DNA of 64,000 bases from Candidatus Altimarinota bacterium (GTDB lineage: Bacteria > Patescibacteriota > Gracilibacteria > CAIRYL01 > GCA-016699755): positions 448,001-512,000 of the forward strand of contig OY760935.1 in NCBI GenBank assembly GCA_963664295.1. The letters run 5' to 3'. The notes below the pieces were generated by a model. The model had not been told where the DNA came from and searched no databases. It saw nothing but the letters and a program-made list of their open reading frames with translations. Positions 1 through 10,272 of the stretch are shown one piece after another (position 1 is the first letter of the stretch; every line of letters begins with the position of its first letter). The position numbers were made by a program, and so were the translations under genes.

Positions 1-515
1 TCTGTTGCTGTGACAGACATTTCCGGTAGGACTATTTTTTTGCTTACTGGAAAATCTTTTCTTAGTTTTAGATGTAAATAATTTTGTGATTCGATTATTT
101 CTGCACCAATTTGCACAAAAGCTGATAAGTGTGTGTCTGCTGAGCGTTTGCCAAGTACACATCCTCCTGGAAATGGTATTTTTATTTCTCCAAAACGAGC
201 TAAAAGAGGACCAAGAAACAAAATTGTACCTCTCATTTTTGCAATTCCTTCGTGTTCAATTGTTTTATTTTTTGGTAATTGTACTTTTTCTGTGTTTATT
301 TCTGCTCGATTTCCTGTTTTTTTCACTGTTGCTCCTAGGTCTTCGAGAATTTTCAAAAATACCTGCACATCAGAAATCTCTGGCAGATTTTTAATAACAC
401 TAGTGCCTTTTATAACAAGTGTAGAAGCCAATATTGGCAAGGCAGCATTTTTACTACCATTTACCGAAACTTCTCCTTTTAATTTTTTGCCTCCTTCTAT
501 TTCAAATATTTTCAT
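1..515 (-). CDS. murA: UDP-N-acetylglucosamine 1-carboxyvinyltransferase (5' part; runs off the window)
   Basis: Manual minus-strand translation from ATG at 515: MKIFEIEGGKKLKGEVSVNGSKNAALPIL...LGPLLARFG...PGGCVLGKR, with the MurA motifs KNAALP and PGGC; not in the ORF track. Confidence 0.95.
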   Translation of the reverse strand, partial: MKIFEIEGGKKLKGEVSVNGSKNAALPILASTLVIKGTSVIKNLPEISDVQVFLKILEDLGATVKKTGNRAEINTEKVQLPKNKTIEHEGIAKMRGTILFLGPLLARFGEIKIPFPGGCVLGKRSADTHLSAFVQIGAEIIESQNYLHLKLRKDFPVSKKIVLPEMSVTAT

Positions 516-543
516 CAAAGAAAATTGTGCCTGAAAAGCTTGT

Positions 544-1257
544 TTATGGCAAGGTTTTAGCTTGCTTTTCTGCTTCTGCTTTTGCTTTCATGTCTATTTC
601 CCAAAGCTCTTTATGTGTTTTATAAATAACTACCAAAAGCCCAAGAACACAAAAAATCAAACAAAAAGGCAAAGTTATATACAAATAAGTTTTACCGAAA
701 ATTATAAAAAGAGTGTTAATAATTACAAAAACTATCCTAACTTCTGTTGGACCTATTTTTAAGTAAGAAATACGAAATTCATTTGTGGAAGCAAAGGCAA
801 GATAAGCATTAACCATATAAGCACCTAAAACTGCCAATGTGGAAAAAAGCATAAAATCATACTTCATTGGCACAATAAACGAATAAGAAATCAAAATTGA
901 ACATAAAAAAATATAATCCAAAAAATGATCCATATAATAACCCCATTTTATTAAACCTGTATTTCTATAACGACCTACTGCTCCATCAAAAAGATCTGTA
1001 AAATATTGCAAAATAATACAAACTGAAGACAGCCAAAGCCAGTGCATACTGTATTTTACAGATAAAAAACCAGAAAGCACGATCAAAGCACTCCAAACAA
1101 AAGTCATAAAAGTTAAATGGTATGTTTCTATGCACTTAGGAATTTTTGATACATATTTTTTAACTAATCTTTTTTCTAGCTTACCCAAGAGCGAAAGTCC
1201 GACTTTTTTATCTCCTGCAAAATCTTTTTTATTAGTCATATCAAATAAAATATCCAC
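544..1257 (-). CDS. CDP-alcohol phosphatidyltransferase family protein
   Basis: DLFDGAVGR...GYYMDHFLD matches DxxDGxxAR...GxxxDxxxD; several TM segments; start may be the ATG at 1239. Confidence 0.85.
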   Translation of the reverse strand: MDILFDMTNKKDFAGDKKVGLSLLGKLEKRLVKKYVSKIPKCIETYHLTFMTFVWSALIVLSGFLSVKYSMHWLWLSSVCIILQYFTDLFDGAVGRYRNTGLIKWGYYMDHFLDYIFLCSILISYSFIVPMKYDFMLFSTLAVLGAYMVNAYLAFASTNEFRISYLKIGPTEVRIVFVIINTLFIIFGKTYLYITLPFCLIFCVLGLLVVIYKTHKELWEIDMKAKAEAEKQAKTLP

Positions 1258-1315
1258 TTAATTTTAATTTAATTTTCTCTTGTAAAAAAGGCGTTTTTAA
1301 AGAAAAATATGGGTT

Positions 1316-3127
1316 ATGAAAAATATTAGAAATTTTTGTATTATTGCACATATAGATCATGGAAAATCCACTCTTGCGGACAGGCTTTTAGAAATAACCA
1401 ATACTGTAGATAAACGCTCTATGAAAGAACAATATCTTGATAGTATGGATCTGGAAAGAGAAAGAGGAATTACAATCAAGCTCCAACCTGTGCGTATGGA
1501 TTATAATGGTTATATTTTGAACCTAATTGACACTCCGGGGCATGTGGATTTTACTTTTGAAATTTCCCGCTCACTTTCTTCTTGTGAAGGTGCTATTTTA
1601 GTTGTGGACGCCACTCAGGGCATAGAGGCACAAACTTTGGCAAATTTATACCTTGCACTTGAACAAGATCTAGAAATTATCCCAATTGTAAACAAAATTG
1701 ATCTTCCTTCTGCTGATCCAGAAAGAGTAAAAACGGAAATTTCCAATGTTATTGGCATTGACCCTTCGGAAATACTTGAAGTTTCTGGCAAAGAAGGAAC
1801 TGGGGTTGATAAATTATTAGAAGTAATTATTGAAAAAATCCCCTCTCCTGAAGAAGCTGGACTCAGAAAAAAACTCAATATTAATGACGACAATGAAACA
1901 AAAGCACTTATTTTTGATTCTGTTTATAATCAATTTCGTGGAGTAATTGCCTTCACTCGTGTTGTTTCCGGATCTATAAAAAAAGGGCAAAAAATCCGTT
2001 TATTAAGTACAAATAGCGAACTTGAGGTTATTGATTGTGGCTTTTTTAAGCCAGATTTTGTATCTGCTCCAGAAATTAAAACTGGTGAAGTTGGCTTTAT
2101 TGTCACAGGACTAAAAGATGCAAAAGAAATTCGCAGTGGTGATACTATTTATGCTGGCTCAGAGCCTGCAAAAGAAAAAATGCTCCCTGGTTTTAAAATA
2201 CCTATTCCTATGGTTTATGCTGGCATTTTTCCTGCTGATGCTGATGATTTTGTCACTCTTAAAGAGGCTTTAGAAAAACTATCCTTACAGGATAGTGCTT
2301 TAAAATTTGAACCTGAAACTTCTTCTGCTCTTGGTAATGGGTTTCGAGTTGGTTTTTTGGGTCTTTTGCATTTAGAAATTATCCAAGAAAGACTAGAAAG
2401 AGAATTTAATCTGGAAATTATTGCAACCTCTCCATCTGTACCGCATGAGGTTATCTTAAAAGGCACAAATGAAAAAATAATTGTGCACTCCCCTGTTTTT
2501 TGGCCTGATCCTGCACAAATACAAGATGTGCTTGAACCTTGGGCTTCTTTGGAAATTTTTGTTCCTTCTGAATATGTGGGTACTGTTTTAGATATTGTCA
2601 CCAAAAGACGCGGAGTAATGAAAAATATGCAACACCCATCAGAACTAAGAGCAGTTATTTCCGCAGAAATGCCTTTATGCAATGTTATCACTGATTTTCA
2701 TGATGTCATGAAAAGTGCAACCAAAGGTTTTGCATCAATGAGTTTTGATGTTCTTGATTTTCGCAAAGATGATTTGATTAAGTTAGACATTTTACTTTCT
2801 GGTGATGTTGTCCCCTCTCTTGCACAAATAGTGCATCGTAGCGAAGCTCATCACAGAGGATCTGCAATTTGTCGCACTCTCAAAGAAAACTTACCAAGAA
2901 AACAATTTGCCATAGCAATTCAAGCCGCAATAAGTGGCAGAGTTGTTGCTCGTGAAACTTTGTCTGCCCTCAGAAAAGATGTCACTGCAAAATTATATGG
3001 TGGTGATGTCACTCGTAAAAACAAACTTTTGGATAAACAAAAAAAAGGAAAGAAAAAAATGATGTCCATGGGTAAAGTTGATGTGCCAAAAGAAATTTTC
3101 CTAAAAATCCTTAGAAGAAGGGAGTAA
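1316..3127 (+). CDS. lepA: Elongation factor 4 (LepA)
   Basis: IRNFCIIAHIDHGKSTLADR, DTPGHVDF, GFRVGFLGLLH, RKDVTAKLYGGDVTRK. Confidence 0.98.
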   Translation: MKNIRNFCIIAHIDHGKSTLADRLLEITNTVDKRSMKEQYLDSMDLERERGITIKLQPVRMDYNGYILNLIDTPGHVDFTFEISRSLSSCEGAILVVDATQGIEAQTLANLYLALEQDLEIIPIVNKIDLPSADPERVKTEISNVIGIDPSEILEVSGKEGTGVDKLLEVIIEKIPSPEEAGLRKKLNINDDNETKALIFDSVYNQFRGVIAFTRVVSGSIKKGQKIRLLSTNSELEVIDCGFFKPDFVSAPEIKTGEVGFIVTGLKDAKEIRSGDTIYAGSEPAKEKMLPGFKIPIPMVYAGIFPADADDFVTLKEALEKLSLQDSALKFEPETSSALGNGFRVGFLGLLHLEIIQERLEREFNLEIIATSPSVPHEVILKGTNEKIIVHSPVFWPDPAQIQDVLEPWASLEIFVPSEYVGTVLDIVTKRRGVMKNMQHPSELRAVISAEMPLCNVITDFHDVMKSATKGFASMSFDVLDFRKDDLIKLDILLSGDVVPSLAQIVHRSEAHHRGSAICRTLKENLPRKQFAIAIQAAISGRVVARETLSALRKDVTAKLYGGDVTRKNKLLDKQKKGKKKMMSMGKVDVPKEIFLKILRRRE

Positions 3128-3128
3128 A

Positions 3129-3413
3129 TCAATACAAAACACCTTTGTAGTTCTTTACAATAAATTTAACTGATTCATTCACAAGACTACTTGTAAAAAG
3201 TGTTTCTAATAAATTTTCCAAAGACAAGCCTGTAAATTCTTTTGTTGGCAATTTATTTAATTTGCTCAACAAGTTAATAATTTTTCCCCTAAGCAAAGTC
3301 TGCTTTGCCCACATATCCACACTGGAAATTGGATAATCTATTGAAAAATACACAGGCGACAAAACATTTTGTTCTGGCTTATTTAGGGTTCTTTTTGTCA
3401 TTATTTCGCTCAT
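3129..3413 (-). CDS. hypothetical protein
   Basis: 94-aa ORF filling the gap between lepA and the ATPase gene; no recognisable motif. Confidence 0.5.
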   Translation of the reverse strand: MSEIMTKRTLNKPEQNVLSPVYFSIDYPISSVDMWAKQTLLRGKIINLLSKLNKLPTKEFTGLSLENLLETLFTSSLVNESVKFIVKNYKGVLY

Positions 3414-3475
3414 AAAATAAAAAAGCTTAATAATTATTCATTATTAAACATGAAAAAAAGATGAAACCTAAGTTT

Positions 3476-5980
3476 TTAAGTCACTCTTCTAGCAATTTCT
3501 CTTTCAACAAATTGTTTCTCGCGGGCATGTTTCAAGCGAGACAACTGCCTAAAAGCCTCTGCTCCTTCATAATCTTTTCCAGTAGGATCATAAATAGTGG
3601 CCATAGAAAATCCTTTTGAAGTAGCATTATTGATATTCAATTTTATATAAGCCTGATAATTTGCAATATTGATCAAATCTTGTTCAGAAAACACAGGAGC
3701 AAACTCCTTTGCCATATATTCCGCATCTTGAGCACCAATTTTAAAACACATCATAGAGCCCACATTACCAAACACAGCATCTTTAATTGTGTGATCTTCA
3801 TGCTTACCTTTTCCACCTTCACTCATCTGAGTAATCTGTGAGATGTACTGATGGGCAACAATAAGATTAAGGCGATATTTACGAGCTTCAGATAAAATAC
3901 TAGCAAAAGATTCCGTCACAAAGTTCTGAAACTCATCCACATATAAATAAAAATCTTTTCTTTCTTCTTCTGGAGTATCCACACGGCTCATAGCAGCCAT
4001 TTGCAACTTGGAAACCATAATCATACCAAGTAATTTTGCATTAAGATCACCTAATTTACCTTTTGATAAATTAACAAGTAAAATTTTTCCTTCATCCATT
4101 ACTTTACGGAAATCAAAACCTGATTTTGTTTGACCAAGAATGTTTCTAACTTGAGCATTAGTTGTAAAAGGACCAAATTTAGCCGCAAAATAAGGAATAA
4201 TCTCTTCTTTTTCTCTTTGTCCAGATTTTGCCATTTCTTTATGCCAAAATGAATTCACCACAGGATTAGTTACCTTAGCAACTTTCATTTGCTGATAAGC
4301 CTCATCAGTAAAAAGACGCATAATATCAAGAATAGTTGCTCCTTCTTTTTCATCTGCCATTAAAGTCAAAACAGCATTTCTAAAATAATGTTGCAAGCGA
4401 GGTCCCATAATTTCCTCACCAAACAGTTTAATAAAAATCGCCAATGCCTCTTGGGAAACAAACTCCTTTTGTTCTGCTGTTTCTGCTTCCAAAAGATTAA
4501 GACCCATTGGGCGCTCAAGATCACCAGGGTCAAAAAGAATAACATCATCAGCACGCTCGCGAGGAACACGAAGCAAAGCCGCCTCAACTAAATCTCCATG
4601 TGGATCAACAACTGCAACTCCTTTGCCATTTTCAATATCCTGACGAATCATATTTTCAAGAATTGTAGATTTACCAGTTCCAGATTTACCAATAGCATAA
4701 AAATGTCTTCTGCGGTCATTGTCAGTAATACGCACATCTCTTTTTTCGCCTCTGTAAATATTATGACCTAACAACAAGCCTTCTTTTGGAAGATTGTGCG
4801 GGCCAGGCATAATTTTAAATTCTTGCCATTTTATAGCAGTAGAAGGATTATAACGAATATTTGGAAAATGAAGCAATGAAGCCATTTCTTCAGTAGAAAA
4901 AACCTGTTTCCATTCCCAAATTTTTAAAAATCTCCACAAAGAACCCCAGAAAGGACGGGAAAAATTTCTATAAATATAATCTTTTAATAATTTTCTATGA
5001 GAATGATGATAGGTCACAGAAAAACCATTCATATCCGGCGCATTATATTGCTCAAAAGCACCTTTTAGGTTAGTAAGTTGCATATCCGCAGTTCTTTTGT
5101 TTGGCGCAGAGGTAATCAAGCGAATAATTACATCAAAACCAACTTTTGTGTGTTTTTCCTCAATTGCCTTAACTCTTTCTTGGATAATTGGAGTCACTCC
5201 TGCTCCAGCCTGATCATCACCATCTATTTTAAAATCATCAGCACCACGCACAGCAATATGAAAAAGAGTGCCCAACCAAACAAATGGATTTATTTTACTT
5301 AAAAAACTTTTTTTCTTTTTATTCGCATTAACAGACTCTGCTAAATCTTCACCTTTTTTTTGCCATTCTGTGCCAATCGGACGCAACATAAACTGAATAG
5401 CCGCACCTTCATCAGGCTTAATCTTGGAAAGAGCGTTAGCTAAATTGTTCAAAGGATCGTTTTCTAATCTCTGAAGAGTTCTAATAGGATAAGCATAACT
5501 TTTACCAAGATTAAGATAGGTTGAAACTTGTTTTGATTTTGGTTGAAAAATATTAGGAGGATCAACTTCCTCGATCACTGCATCAGGATAAAAACTAGTT
5601 ATTTGTTTTTCTGCTAATTTTTTTGTGTCTGACGGAATACCAATAAAAAAATGGATCTGACTATCAACAACAGCCATTTCGCAAGTAAAATACTCCTGCC
5701 CAATAAATTTATATTTTAAACGAGAAGATCGCAAAGCATGCATAGAAGCATAAAATTGTTGCATTATACTAGCAACTTTTATCCAGTCTTTAGCAGAACC
5801 AAACTCCTCCCCTTCTGTTTCCCTATCTTCTTTTGAGTCTTTTTTGGGAATTAAAATCTGCAAAAAAACAAGGTCAATTGCTCTTTCTTTGTCACGAAAG
5901 AAAAAAATCAACCATTTAGTAATAAAAAAAATGGCGATTAAGCTCGCTAATATGCCGATAATTATCAAAAATGTATCCAT
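3476..5980 (-). CDS. VirD4/TraG/TrwB-like type IV secretion coupling ATPase
   Basis: N-terminal TM; RRHFYAIGKSGTGKST (Walker A), VVDPHGDL, LYVDEFQNF (Walker B), SEARKYRLNLIVAHQY. Confidence 0.88.
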   Translation of the reverse strand: MDTFLIIIGILASLIAIFFITKWLIFFFRDKERAIDLVFLQILIPKKDSKEDRETEGEEFGSAKDWIKVASIMQQFYASMHALRSSRLKYKFIGQEYFTCEMAVVDSQIHFFIGIPSDTKKLAEKQITSFYPDAVIEEVDPPNIFQPKSKQVSTYLNLGKSYAYPIRTLQRLENDPLNNLANALSKIKPDEGAAIQFMLRPIGTEWQKKGEDLAESVNANKKKKSFLSKINPFVWLGTLFHIAVRGADDFKIDGDDQAGAGVTPIIQERVKAIEEKHTKVGFDVIIRLITSAPNKRTADMQLTNLKGAFEQYNAPDMNGFSVTYHHSHRKLLKDYIYRNFSRPFWGSLWRFLKIWEWKQVFSTEEMASLLHFPNIRYNPSTAIKWQEFKIMPGPHNLPKEGLLLGHNIYRGEKRDVRITDNDRRRHFYAIGKSGTGKSTILENMIRQDIENGKGVAVVDPHGDLVEAALLRVPRERADDVILFDPGDLERPMGLNLLEAETAEQKEFVSQEALAIFIKLFGEEIMGPRLQHYFRNAVLTLMADEKEGATILDIMRLFTDEAYQQMKVAKVTNPVVNSFWHKEMAKSGQREKEEIIPYFAAKFGPFTTNAQVRNILGQTKSGFDFRKVMDEGKILLVNLSKGKLGDLNAKLLGMIMVSKLQMAAMSRVDTPEEERKDFYLYVDEFQNFVTESFASILSEARKYRLNLIVAHQYISQITQMSEGGKGKHEDHTIKDAVFGNVGSMMCFKIGAQDAEYMAKEFAPVFSEQDLINIANYQAYIKLNINNATSKGFSMATIYDPTGKDYEGAEAFRQLSRLKHAREKQFVEREIARRVT

Positions 5981-6233
5981 CTATAATACTTTTTTTGTAT
6001 ATATAAATTTTCTCATAAAAAGCAATTATTCACAAGCTTTGCTTGCTAATAAAATTCAAAGAATTAATGAAAAAAATAATCAAAAAAAATTTGTAAATTT
6101 TATTTAGAAAAAAATAAGAACAGTCTGTGCTAATTTATTACAAAAAAAATTCAAATTGAGTTAAAAAATCTTTTTATTTGACTTATTTCCAATTTTCATT
6201 AAAAATATTCTGGCAAATTTAATTTATAGATAT

Positions 6234-6545
6234 ATGCCAATTATTGCTTCAGCTAAAAAAAGAATGCGTCAAAACGAAAAACGCAGAGTACAAAATCACG
6301 CATTTTTATCAAATATGCGTTCATTATTTAAAAATGTTTTTCACTATACAAAGAAAAAAGAAGGTGAAAAAGCAGGAAAAGCTTATTCTGACGCACAAAG
6401 CGCTATTGATAAATGTGTAAAAAAGAATCTAATTCACAAAAACAACGCAGCCAGAAAAAAAGCAAGACTAGCAAAAGCAATAGCCTCATTAAAAGACGCA
6501 AAAGTGACTAAAAAAACTGTTGTAAAACAAGCAAAGAAAAAATAA
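6234..6545 (+). CDS. rpsT: 30S ribosomal protein S20
   Basis: MPIIASAKKRMRQNEKRR...IHKNNAARKKARL. Confidence 0.96.
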   Translation: MPIIASAKKRMRQNEKRRVQNHAFLSNMRSLFKNVFHYTKKKEGEKAGKAYSDAQSAIDKCVKKNLIHKNNAARKKARLAKAIASLKDAKVTKKTVVKQAKKK

Positions 6546-6935
6546 GTGAAAATCCTAGCCATTGATTACGGCTTATCTCGTTGTGGCCTCGCATTTGGCA
6601 ACAGCGAGCTTTTGGTTGCCTTGCCTCTCTGTATATTAGCTACAAATGAGGATTTAATTAAAAAAATCCTTGAAATTGCTACTGAAAAAGAAATAGAAAA
6701 AATACTAATCGGCGCTCCATATGAACTTAATGGCGCAGAAAGTGAACAAACAAAAGCAGTATATAAATTTATTGAATTATTAAAAAAAGAAACAAAATTA
6801 AAAATAGAACTTTTTGACGAAAGATTGTCCTCAAAAGAAGCAGAAAAAAAACTAAAAGGCAGTGGAATAAAACAAGATGACGACATAGCAGCAACAAATT
6901 TTCTGCAAACTTATTTAGAAAAATTCTATGCTTGA
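6546..6935 (+). CDS. ruvX: RuvX/YqgF pre-16S rRNA nuclease
   Basis: ILAIDYGLSRCGLA, DERLSS, DDIAATNFLQTYL. Confidence 0.93.
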   Translation: MKILAIDYGLSRCGLAFGNSELLVALPLCILATNEDLIKKILEIATEKEIEKILIGAPYELNGAESEQTKAVYKFIELLKKETKLKIELFDERLSSKEAEKKLKGSGIKQDDDIAATNFLQTYLEKFYA

Positions 6936-7761
6936 TTTAACCAACTACAAACAGGTTCGTGACTTACTCAAGCATTTTAAAGTTTGGAAAAAAAAACGCT
7001 TAGGACAGCACTTTTTAGTTAATAAAAATGTGCTTAATAAAATAATTGAAGTTTCAAAAATACAAAAAGGAGAATATATAACCGAAATTGGAGCTGGACA
7101 TGGCGTTCTCACAGTTGAGTTACTTAAAAATGGTGCACTTGTGGATACAGTAGAAATTGATGATGATATGTTGCCAATTCTTAATTTCACAACTAAAAAC
7201 TACCGAGATCAACTAGAAGTTCACCATCAACACATTCTTGGTTATCAACAAAAAAATTTTCCTTATAAAGTGGTGGCAAATATTCCCTACCAACTCACCT
7301 CCCCTATTCTGAGAAAATTCCTTCCTGAAACTGATAATCCACCAAAAAGTATGACTATTTTAATGCAAAAAGAAGTCGCAGAAAGAATATGTAATCAAAA
7401 GAAAAAATCTATTCTTTCACTTATTGTTAGCGCTTTTGGTAAAGCAGAAATTGTTGAAATTGTGCCAGAAGATGCTTTTTTTCCTCCACCAAAAGTAAAA
7501 TCTGCAATTTTGCATATTGACATTTTTGACAAACCAAAAATAAAAATAAAACGAAAAAAGTTTTACACAATGGTAAAAATGGGCTTTGGATCACCAAGAA
7601 AAATGCTTAAAAATGTGCTTTCTGGCGCTTTTCGAAAACCAATATCTGAGATAGAAAAAATCATGGAACAACATAATATTCCATTAAATTCACGAGCAGA
7701 AAATTTGGAAATAAAAGACTGGGAAAACCTAGCAAAAGAGCTTATTTCTGGTGCTCTCTAA
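6928..7761 (+). CDS. rsmA: 16S rRNA dimethyltransferase RsmA/KsgA
   Basis: KKRLGQHFL, EIGAGHGVLT, VVANIPYQLTSP, MQKEVAER, FFPPPKVKS. Confidence 0.97.
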   Translation: MLDLTNYKQVRDLLKHFKVWKKKRLGQHFLVNKNVLNKIIEVSKIQKGEYITEIGAGHGVLTVELLKNGALVDTVEIDDDMLPILNFTTKNYRDQLEVHHQHILGYQQKNFPYKVVANIPYQLTSPILRKFLPETDNPPKSMTILMQKEVAERICNQKKKSILSLIVSAFGKAEIVEIVPEDAFFPPPKVKSAILHIDIFDKPKIKIKRKKFYTMVKMGFGSPRKMLKNVLSGAFRKPISEIEKIMEQHNIPLNSRAENLEIKDWENLAKELISGAL

Positions 7762-8941
7762 AATCATTAACAAAAATAGTAGCAATAGAAGCAAGAGGCA
7801 CAGACAAAATCATGCCAATCACACCCAAAAACTGCCAACCAATAAGCAAAGCAATAATAGTGACAATTGGTGATAAACCAGTAGCTTTTTTCATAACCAA
7901 AGGAAGTAAAATATTCCCCTCAAAAACTTGCAAAATTACATGAAAAATAATCAAAGAAATACCAGTCACCAAAGATTGATTAAAAGCAACCGGAGCCGCA
8001 ACAACAAAAGTAATCAGAGGTCCAACATAAGGCAAAAACTCCGCAAAGCCAGCAACAAGAGCAAGAGTAAGAGCATACTTTAAGCCAATTATTGAAAAAC
8101 CAATATAAGCAATTAAAGCAACAAGAAAAAACAAGGCAACTTGTCCGTGTACCCACTCCCCTATTTTATTTTGAATTGTGCCTGTTTTAACAAAAATATA
8201 TTTTTCGTATTTTTTTGGAAATAAACTAGTAAAAAATTCTTTTAAAGCAGTTTTATCCACAACCATAAAGAAAGAAAGCAGTACAACAAGAATAAGATTA
8301 AAAATACCATCAACAACAGAAGTAATTGCACCAAATGCATTAGCAGCAAAATCAGTTAAATTTTCTGCAATTGTGCTTAATGAAGCTTGTAATTGTTCTA
8401 TTATCTCTTTTTGGTCAATTTGACTTACCACATTTTCCACATAAGGGCGGATAATTTCCGGAAGCATGTCACCAGAGCCATTTTGAATAACATTATTAAG
8501 ATAATCTTTTAAGAAAATAACCATTTCCGAAAGTTGTTCAATAATAATTGGAACCAAGGTGCCAATCATCAAGCTCAAAACAGCAATAACAATTAAATAG
8601 ATAATAATAACACCAGCCCAACGAGGAATTTTATATTTATTTTCAAGTTTATCAACACCAGGATTAAAAGCCGCAGCAATAAATAAAGACAAAAAGAAAG
8701 TAATTAAAATATCTTTCAGTTGAACAATAATATCCTGAACAAATAATAGTAAAAAAATAATTAAAATAATTTTAGTTGCACTCCAAATAGAAATATCCAC
8801 CACCATTCTTTCGGTTTTCTCTTGTGGTAAATGAGTTTTTGCAGATTTACTTTTTTTTGGTTTTTTCTTTAGATCATCTATTTTTTCTTTTACTGAAGAA
8901 AAAAAACTTTTTGATTTTTTTGCTATTTTTTTTAATGGCAT
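7742..8941 (-). CDS. AI-2E family transporter
   Basis: Polytopic membrane protein with FLPYVGP, QVFEGNILLPLVM, GVIGMILSVP. Confidence 0.9.
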   Translation of the reverse strand: MPLKKIAKKSKSFFSSVKEKIDDLKKKPKKSKSAKTHLPQEKTERMVVDISIWSATKIILIIFLLLFVQDIIVQLKDILITFFLSLFIAAAFNPGVDKLENKYKIPRWAGVIIIYLIVIAVLSLMIGTLVPIIIEQLSEMVIFLKDYLNNVIQNGSGDMLPEIIRPYVENVVSQIDQKEIIEQLQASLSTIAENLTDFAANAFGAITSVVDGIFNLILVVLLSFFMVVDKTALKEFFTSLFPKKYEKYIFVKTGTIQNKIGEWVHGQVALFFLVALIAYIGFSIIGLKYALTLALVAGFAEFLPYVGPLITFVVAAPVAFNQSLVTGISLIIFHVILQVFEGNILLPLVMKKATGLSPIVTIIALLIGWQFLGVIGMILSVPLASIATIFVNDFREHQK

Positions 8942-8943
8942 TT

Positions 8944-9297
8944 TTAAGTAGTAAAAAATCGAATAACAAATTCAACAATAACCCAGGACATTATTGCAAT
9001 TGTAAAGCCTATAAGTGCATTTTTAATTATATTTTTTGCTTTATCTTTGTCATCAGTAATCGAACCAATAATATAATAATAACCACCAATCATAACCATG
9101 CCTACAGCAAAAATACCTGCCAATTCAACTAAGGTTTGAATAAGATCAAAACCAAGAACAATAATATCATCTAGAGTAAACTCACCTTCTCTAATTTTTT
9201 TTGTCCACTCTACATCATCAGGCAAAAGAGAGGCATTTGCTACTTTGACTGGCAAAAATACAAAACCTATAATTAAAAAATATAAAAACTTTTTCAT
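8944..9297 (-). CDS. VirB2/TrbC-like pilin
   Basis: Signal peptide followed by two hydrophobic helices: IGGYYYI...DKAKNIIKNALIGFTI. Confidence 0.8.
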   Translation of the reverse strand: MKKFLYFLIIGFVFLPVKVANASLLPDDVEWTKKIREGEFTLDDIIVLGFDLIQTLVELAGIFAVGMVMIGGYYYIIGSITDDKDKAKNIIKNALIGFTIAIMSWVIVEFVIRFFTT

Positions 9298-9380
9298 AAA
9301 CTCAATTTCGCAGATTTTAGCAATTATTGCAAGAACAATCCTGTTATAAACTTGTTAAAACCGTATCCTATAATTAAGGG

Positions 9381-9806
9381 TGTTATTGTGGGCTATATAT
9401 ATCCGCAATCTCGTAAGATGTCATTCTGAGCGGAATGAAATGGAACGAAGAATCTCCTTTGCCATGTGCTCAAGTCCTGTCTTGGGGAATTCAACAGTAA
9501 TGACTACGGGAGATCCTGAATTAAATTCAGGATGACATCATATTTGTCATTGCGGGCTTTTTGGGGTGTCATTGTGGACTTGATCCGCAATCTCGGGAGG
9601 CGAGAGGTGTCATTGTGGGCGTAAAACACTCCCTTGCTGTCATTCTGAGCGAAGTGAAACGGAGCGAAGAATCTCCTTGTCCATGTACTCAAGCCCTGCC
9701 TTGGGTAATTCAACAGTAATGACTACGGGAGATCCTTCGCTTCACTACGCTCACTCAGGATAACAGAGAAAGAAGGCATGGTAAGAAGATAAGGTTCAGG
9801 ATAACG
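9381..9806. repeat. Mosaic of REP-like palindromic elements (TGTCATTCTGAGCG..GAATCTCC / GGAGATCC..CAGGATGACA / TGTCATTGCGGACTTGATCCGCAATCTC)
   Basis: GC-richer intergenic block; two copies of an element at about 9419-9537 and 9638-9765; the same modules recur at 20639-21096. Confidence 0.85.
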
Positions 9807-9876
9807 AAACAAAAAATAATAAACTCTAAAAAGTAATCCTATTGAAAAAAATATTTATTATGAGAAAATTGGCAAG

Positions 9877-10272
9877 ATGATTGATTTACCTATTTTTAGT
9901 GACAAAAACGGCGATTTAATCCCAATAGAACTAAATGAAAAAATACCCTTTGAAGTAAAAAGAGTTTATTTTTTGAAAAATGTACCAAAAAACTCTTTGC
10001 GTGGTGCCCATGCTCATCTAATAGAAAAAGAGGTTTTTGTTTGCATTCAAGGATCTTGCAAAGCCCTTATTGACAAAAATGGCACAGGCAAAAAAGAAAT
10101 TATTCTCAATTCCCCTGCGCAAGGATTATTTTGCGACACTTTATGTTGGCATGAATTTTTTGACTTTTCAAAAGATTGCATACTACTGGCCTTATCCTCG
10201 ACTAATTATCTACCTGGAGATATTAATTATATTACTTCTTATGAAGATTTTTTGAAAAAACATGACAAATAA
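9877..10272 (+). CDS. FdtA/QdtA-family cupin (dTDP-6-deoxy-3,4-ketohexulose isomerase)
   Basis: IPFEVKRVYF, RGAHAH, WHEFFDFS, LLALSS. Confidence 0.9.
   Translation: MIDLPIFSDKNGDLIPIELNEKIPFEVKRVYFLKNVPKNSLRGAHAHLIEKEVFVCIQGSCKALIDKNGTGKKEIILNSPAQGLFCDTLCWHEFFDFSKDCILLALSSTNYLPGDINYITSYEDFLKKHDK

Noticed and set aside
86-762. Plus-strand ORFs at the window start
   Set aside because: Antisense shadows of murA and the phosphatidyltransferase gene
9504-9713. 69-aa ORF in the palindrome mosaic
   Set aside because: Translation of repeat DNA with no protein-like features
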